DNA of 64,000 nucleotides, from contig OZ250150.1 in the NCBI GenBank assembly GCA_965237675.1, positions 1,984,001-2,048,000 of the forward strand, written 5' to 3'. A model generated the notes under the pieces. That model worked only from the letters and a program-made list of their open reading frames with translations. It ran no database searches and was not told the DNA's origin. The stretch's first letter is position 1. Each line of letters opens with the position of its first letter. The position numbers were made by a program, and so were the translations under genes. Positions 60,137 through 64,000 of the stretch are shown one piece after another. The DNA is from Candidatus Latescibacterota bacterium. Its GTDB lineage: Bacteria; Latescibacterota; UBA2968; GCA-2709665.

Positions 60137-62260
60137 ATGTCGCGACCATTCACTGTCGATGATTTGTTGATCGTCAACCAGTTTACCCATCGTTGTCCGT
60201 GGGATATTTCGCCTGATGGCGGATTGCTCGCTGTAACACTCAGTCGGGGGAAGCGTCGCGTCCCACACGATACCAGTAATAGTAGTCAGGCAAACGGCGC
60301 ATACATTGTCCTGATTGACGTTGAAACAGGTGAGTCCATGGAGCCGTTTTCCGATCTGCAAATGAGCTGGGCAGGGCGATGGTCTCCAGACGGACAAACG
60401 CTTGCCGCATACGTCGTTGGAAAAGATGCTCACGCTTGTGTAGGATTATGGAACAGACACACACGCGAAGCATTTATCGCATCCAACGCTGAGATTCCCA
60501 GGGTTTATCCCTCTCACGTTCCTCAATGGACTCCCGACGGTCGCCGTATCATTGTGCCGCTGATCCCGAATGCCCGTGGCTCTACGACATCCCCTGGCAT
60601 CATTGTGCGATCTTATACTCCGGGAGGACCAGCCTCAGATCAGCATAGCCCACTCGTTGACCAGCCCGATTATGCAAAGTGCGTCGGCGTTTTGGTGGTA
60701 AGCTCAGGCATTGTGACAGAATTTGCGTCCGGTCTTGTATTCACTGTCCCACGTATGGCACCTGATGGACAAGCTGTAGCACTTCTCAATATAATCGCAT
60801 CTCCGGTGGATCGACCCCACACTATTGCCGATGTGATTATCGTCCCATTAGATGGTCGCGATCCCTATACGGTCGCACGGAACGTACCGGTAAACAGTTA
60901 TGCCTGTCGTTTCTCGTGGTCGCCCGATTGCCGGACAATTTCCTATGTCACCGGTGGAAAGTGGGGAGACCCTCAACATCTCCATTGTGTACCGGCGGAC
61001 GGATCAACTGAGCCTGCAATGGTGACGGAATTCACTTCCTCCTTAGGTAACTTTCAAATACCCTGGTGGACTGATGACGGCACGCACGTCATCTTGCTCG
61101 AAAACGGATGTTTGTTTCACCTTGCCATTGAGGACGGTAGGAAACGTGGGCTTATGGATGATTCGACTGGCAATCATCTGAGGATAAATGCGATTGCACA
61201 ACGGCATGGAGAATCAGTCCTTCATACGGATGATCAGGGCAATATTATTGCCCAAGCGACTGACACACGCGATAACTTGAAATATATCGTCCGCATCCAC
61301 TCTGTTTCCGGCGAGATGACCAGAGTTTGTCCCGCGCCGCATTCGAGCCCTGATGAGTTCAATCTGGTCGCATCCGAACGATTCGTCTTTGCGCGCGGCA
61401 GAGTCGATCTTGACGAGGCCGTACATGCCTACCCGCTCGACGGTAGAGAGGTTCGTACGCTTTTAAAGGCCAATCCCTGGCGTCGCATATTGCCGCAGCC
61501 GTCGCCTCGCATAATTGAGTTTCGGGACGGGAATGGCCGTGTGCAGGAAGCGGCGCTTTTCGTTCCCAAAGACACTCTGGAGGGAGACCGACTACCCATG
61601 GTTGTTACCATCTATCCTGGGAGTAATTTTTCAAAGCGCGACAGGTATTACTCGGAAGCGCAGCTACTCACCAGCGCCGGCTATACCGCGCTATATCCAG
61701 ACTCGATTATGGAGGACAATAACCCAATTGATCAAATCGTGCGGGTAACACTACCTGCTGTTAGTCGCGCCATAGAAATGGGTATTGCCGACAAAAATCG
61801 AATCGGTGTTTGGGGGCACAGCTATGGTGCTTATGGTGTCATGGCATTGGTTACGCACACAAAGGCTTTCCGCGCCGCTGTTGCCAATGCACCGTTCGGA
61901 ATCAACATGACCAGCACCTATCTTGCAGATGTAAATGGAATGGGGTGGTGCGAGGGGAAGCAAGCGCGAAATGGCGGAAGCCTTTGGGAGAAACGAGATG
62001 CCTATATTAAGAACTCGCCGCTTTTCGCTTTCGACCAGGTCGAAGCGCCGGTGTTGGTTATATGTGGAACTCACGATGTGCCCGGGTCGGTGGGTGCACG
62101 GGAGGCATACCTCGGTCTCAAACGACTTGGCAAACGAGTGGAAATGCGAGAATATAGGCATGAGGGCCATATTGTGACTGATTGGTCGGCTGACGATACT
62201 AAGGATTATTACAAGAGCGTGCTCAACTGGTTCAATCAATATCTTAATGAGGGGCAATAG
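60137..62260 (+). CDS. S9 family peptidase
   Basis: SPDG propeller repeats, GHSYGA nucleophile, GTHD, EGH; lower GC. Confidence 0.88.
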   Translation: MSRPFTVDDLLIVNQFTHRCPWDISPDGGLLAVTLSRGKRRVPHDTSNSSQANGAYIVLIDVETGESMEPFSDLQMSWAGRWSPDGQTLAAYVVGKDAHACVGLWNRHTREAFIASNAEIPRVYPSHVPQWTPDGRRIIVPLIPNARGSTTSPGIIVRSYTPGGPASDQHSPLVDQPDYAKCVGVLVVSSGIVTEFASGLVFTVPRMAPDGQAVALLNIIASPVDRPHTIADVIIVPLDGRDPYTVARNVPVNSYACRFSWSPDCRTISYVTGGKWGDPQHLHCVPADGSTEPAMVTEFTSSLGNFQIPWWTDDGTHVILLENGCLFHLAIEDGRKRGLMDDSTGNHLRINAIAQRHGESVLHTDDQGNIIAQATDTRDNLKYIVRIHSVSGEMTRVCPAPHSSPDEFNLVASERFVFARGRVDLDEAVHAYPLDGREVRTLLKANPWRRILPQPSPRIIEFRDGNGRVQEAALFVPKDTLEGDRLPMVVTIYPGSNFSKRDRYYSEAQLLTSAGYTALYPDSIMEDNNPIDQIVRVTLPAVSRAIEMGIADKNRIGVWGHSYGAYGVMALVTHTKAFRAAVANAPFGINMTSTYLADVNGMGWCEGKQARNGGSLWEKRDAYIKNSPLFAFDQVEAPVLVICGTHDVPGSVGAREAYLGLKRLGKRVEMREYRHEGHIVTDWSADDTKDYYKSVLNWFNQYLNEGQ

Positions 62261-62364
62261 CAACTGCCTCGCGAAATTCGGATTCCCGAGTCTGAAAACT
62301 CGATCGGCCACAGTCGGGTGAGCAATGGTCCCTTCCATCTCGATATTTGGAAACACCAATTCCG

Positions 62365-63210
62365 ATGGTTACCTCCGAATCGATTGTTAGGGACGTTCTG
62401 GATGAGCCGGTCGAGTCGCTGGTTCGGGTGGAAGAGGGCTGGACGAATATCGTACTGGAGGTAGACGGAAAGTGGATATTTCGTTTTGTTCGGGACCTTT
62501 CGAATACGCAGCTTGCTATTGAACAGGCATTTTTACCGATCTTTAAGGGACATTCACCCCTTCCGATCCCGGAAGTACGGTATTCGGGCGCAAACTACAT
62601 CGCCTACGAAAAGATCGTTGGTGTCAAGTTTTCTGAGGCAATATTCCGGAATCTGGACAGGAATGAGAGAAGGACCCTGGCGGCAGCGTTGGTCGACTTC
62701 CTGTCCAGTCTCCACACCTTTTCATTCGAACACCGGCATCTCAAGACCGCTCCATTTGGCGGCGGTGATTTCTGGCGGGAGTTGTGGCCGGCCGCGTCTC
62801 CGCATCTCCAATCCCATACCCGGAAGAAAGCAGAGAGCTACTTCCATCGAGCATTGTCAAGAGTCGCGTCCGCCGCATACCGGAACACCGTCGCTCATTC
62901 GGACTTCGGTACCAGCAACGTCCTTCTCGACGCGGCTCGATCGGAAATTGCCGGGGTGATTGACTTTGGTGATATCAGTATCAGCGATCCGGCGACAGAT
63001 TTCGCAACGTCCTACCGCAGGTTCGGGAAGCCGTTCGCCGAGGATATGGCTGAAAACTACCGGTTGCCCCTGGGTGACGATTTCTGGACGAGGGTGGATT
63101 ACGAGTCGAAGCGGAAGCTCTTTTTCGTTGCCTTTTTCGCTCTGAATTGCGCGTTTGAGGAGTACGTGCCTGGGATTGTCCGGGCTATTGAATCCCAGTT
63201 TGCAGAGTGA
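62365..63210 (+). CDS. Aminoglycoside phosphotransferase (APH) family kinase
   Basis: EGWTN, WIFRF, HSDFGTSNVL (HxDxxxxN motif), GVIDFGD..DPATD. Confidence 0.88.
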   Translation: MVTSESIVRDVLDEPVESLVRVEEGWTNIVLEVDGKWIFRFVRDLSNTQLAIEQAFLPIFKGHSPLPIPEVRYSGANYIAYEKIVGVKFSEAIFRNLDRNERRTLAAALVDFLSSLHTFSFEHRHLKTAPFGGGDFWRELWPAASPHLQSHTRKKAESYFHRALSRVASAAYRNTVAHSDFGTSNVLLDAARSEIAGVIDFGDISISDPATDFATSYRRFGKPFAEDMAENYRLPLGDDFWTRVDYESKRKLFFVAFFALNCAFEEYVPGIVRAIESQFAE

Positions 63211-63761
63211 TAGGCTCGTCAATTCCGGTATTTCCCCACAATTCAGCGAGAACCTGCAGCGTCGTCGCGCGTGATTGGAATTCCTCCCCAACGTTTGGGT
63301 GGGCAATCGAAACTACATCAGTTGGCTCGTTTTTGTTGTTACATTCCGTAGAAAAAAACGGCCCCACAACTCCTTTGTATGAAGGAATGTGGGGTCTATT
63401 CAACGATGGCGTGTTTTCGCCGAAAGTCAAGTAGAATTAAGCTTGTTTTTCTTCGTCTGCCATTGCCCTTATCTATTTTTGGCCAAGCTTCAATATCAGT
63501 CTGATATACGTATCCATAGAACTATGTGGACCAATGTGAAGGGGTCTAAACGTCTCATTAACCTCAATTCGAAAAAAGACAACAGTCAAATTGGCCACAA
63601 AAAGCACAAAAGGCACAGAAGGTACCGGTGCAAAACGGGGTATTAAGGTCGTCCGGAAGGACATTTTTCCGTTCACGTCCAGTGACTTGGTGTATCCTGG
63701 TAATCCGCCGTCTAATCGCCTTTATTAACTAGCACATATTCGAATTAACGTCCACGAAAAC

Positions 63762-63995
63762 TTACGAATCAAGGTTAAGTATTGAGAAGGCCATCCTGAA
63801 ATTCTTATTCAATCGAACTTGATAAAAAAAATCTATCTTTTTAAGCCTTCTTCCTCTCGGTAAATGTCCTTTTTCTATCTCAATATAGAGCCTGCGCACT
63901 TCTTCTTGTATTTGTGGAGGGAGTTTTTTGAATTGTTTTCTTGTTTTTGAACGACTGTCTGGATCCTCAAAGTATTTTACTGGAGGGAGTTTCAT
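63762..63995 (-). CDS. Low-GC RelE/ParE-like small protein
   Basis: KQFKKLPPQIQEEV...YQVRLNKNFRMAF pattern; at the window edge, so any partner is not visible. Confidence 0.5.
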   Translation of the reverse strand: MKLPPVKYFEDPDSRSKTRKQFKKLPPQIQEEVRRLYIEIEKGHLPRGRRLKKIDFFYQVRLNKNFRMAFSILNLDS

Positions 63996-64000
63996 TCCCG

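Noticed and set aside
50887-63210. Integron cassette array
   Set aside because: No integrase, and no convincing RYYYAAC...GTTRRRY attC palindromes between genes

Overview
GC-rich bacterial chromosome segment; the taxon cannot be determined from this window. I found no rRNA, tRNA or CRISPR array. From 1 to 39 kb it holds core and catabolic genes: monomeric icd (5' end cut by the window), a membrane polyferredoxin plus FAD oxidoreductase pair, two heparinase II/III-like proteins, a CocE-iolD-SDR-aminotransferase cluster, ilvC, a DUF2089/DUF4097 pair, a rhamnonate dehydratase-like enolase, a cold-shock gene, ROK kinase, cutA, glyA and pyrB. From 39 to 64 kb it is an accessory, partly decaying region with toxin-antitoxin-like pairs, an IS1380 element and a mostly co-oriented run of GNAT/AAC(3)/APH/NUDIX/HAD/S9 genes. 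Most notable: (i) pyrB and ilvC both look like the plant-plastid types of their enzymes; (ii) pyrB has a promoter, leader peptide and terminator (pyrL-like attenuator) with a 185-bp MITE inserted before the RBS; (iii) a group II intron remnant splits a gene and is fused to a dCTP deaminase tail through a 9-bp overlap; (iv) several genes are shortened by in-frame internal deletion (an SMR pump and two duplicated creatininases with different breakpoints); (v) small unannotated elements include a Com-like zinc-ribbon ORF, a low-GC HTH plus 3-TM pair, and structured leaders for glyA and the DUF2089 operon. Family calls come from motif recognition and recalled sequences, not from database searches.
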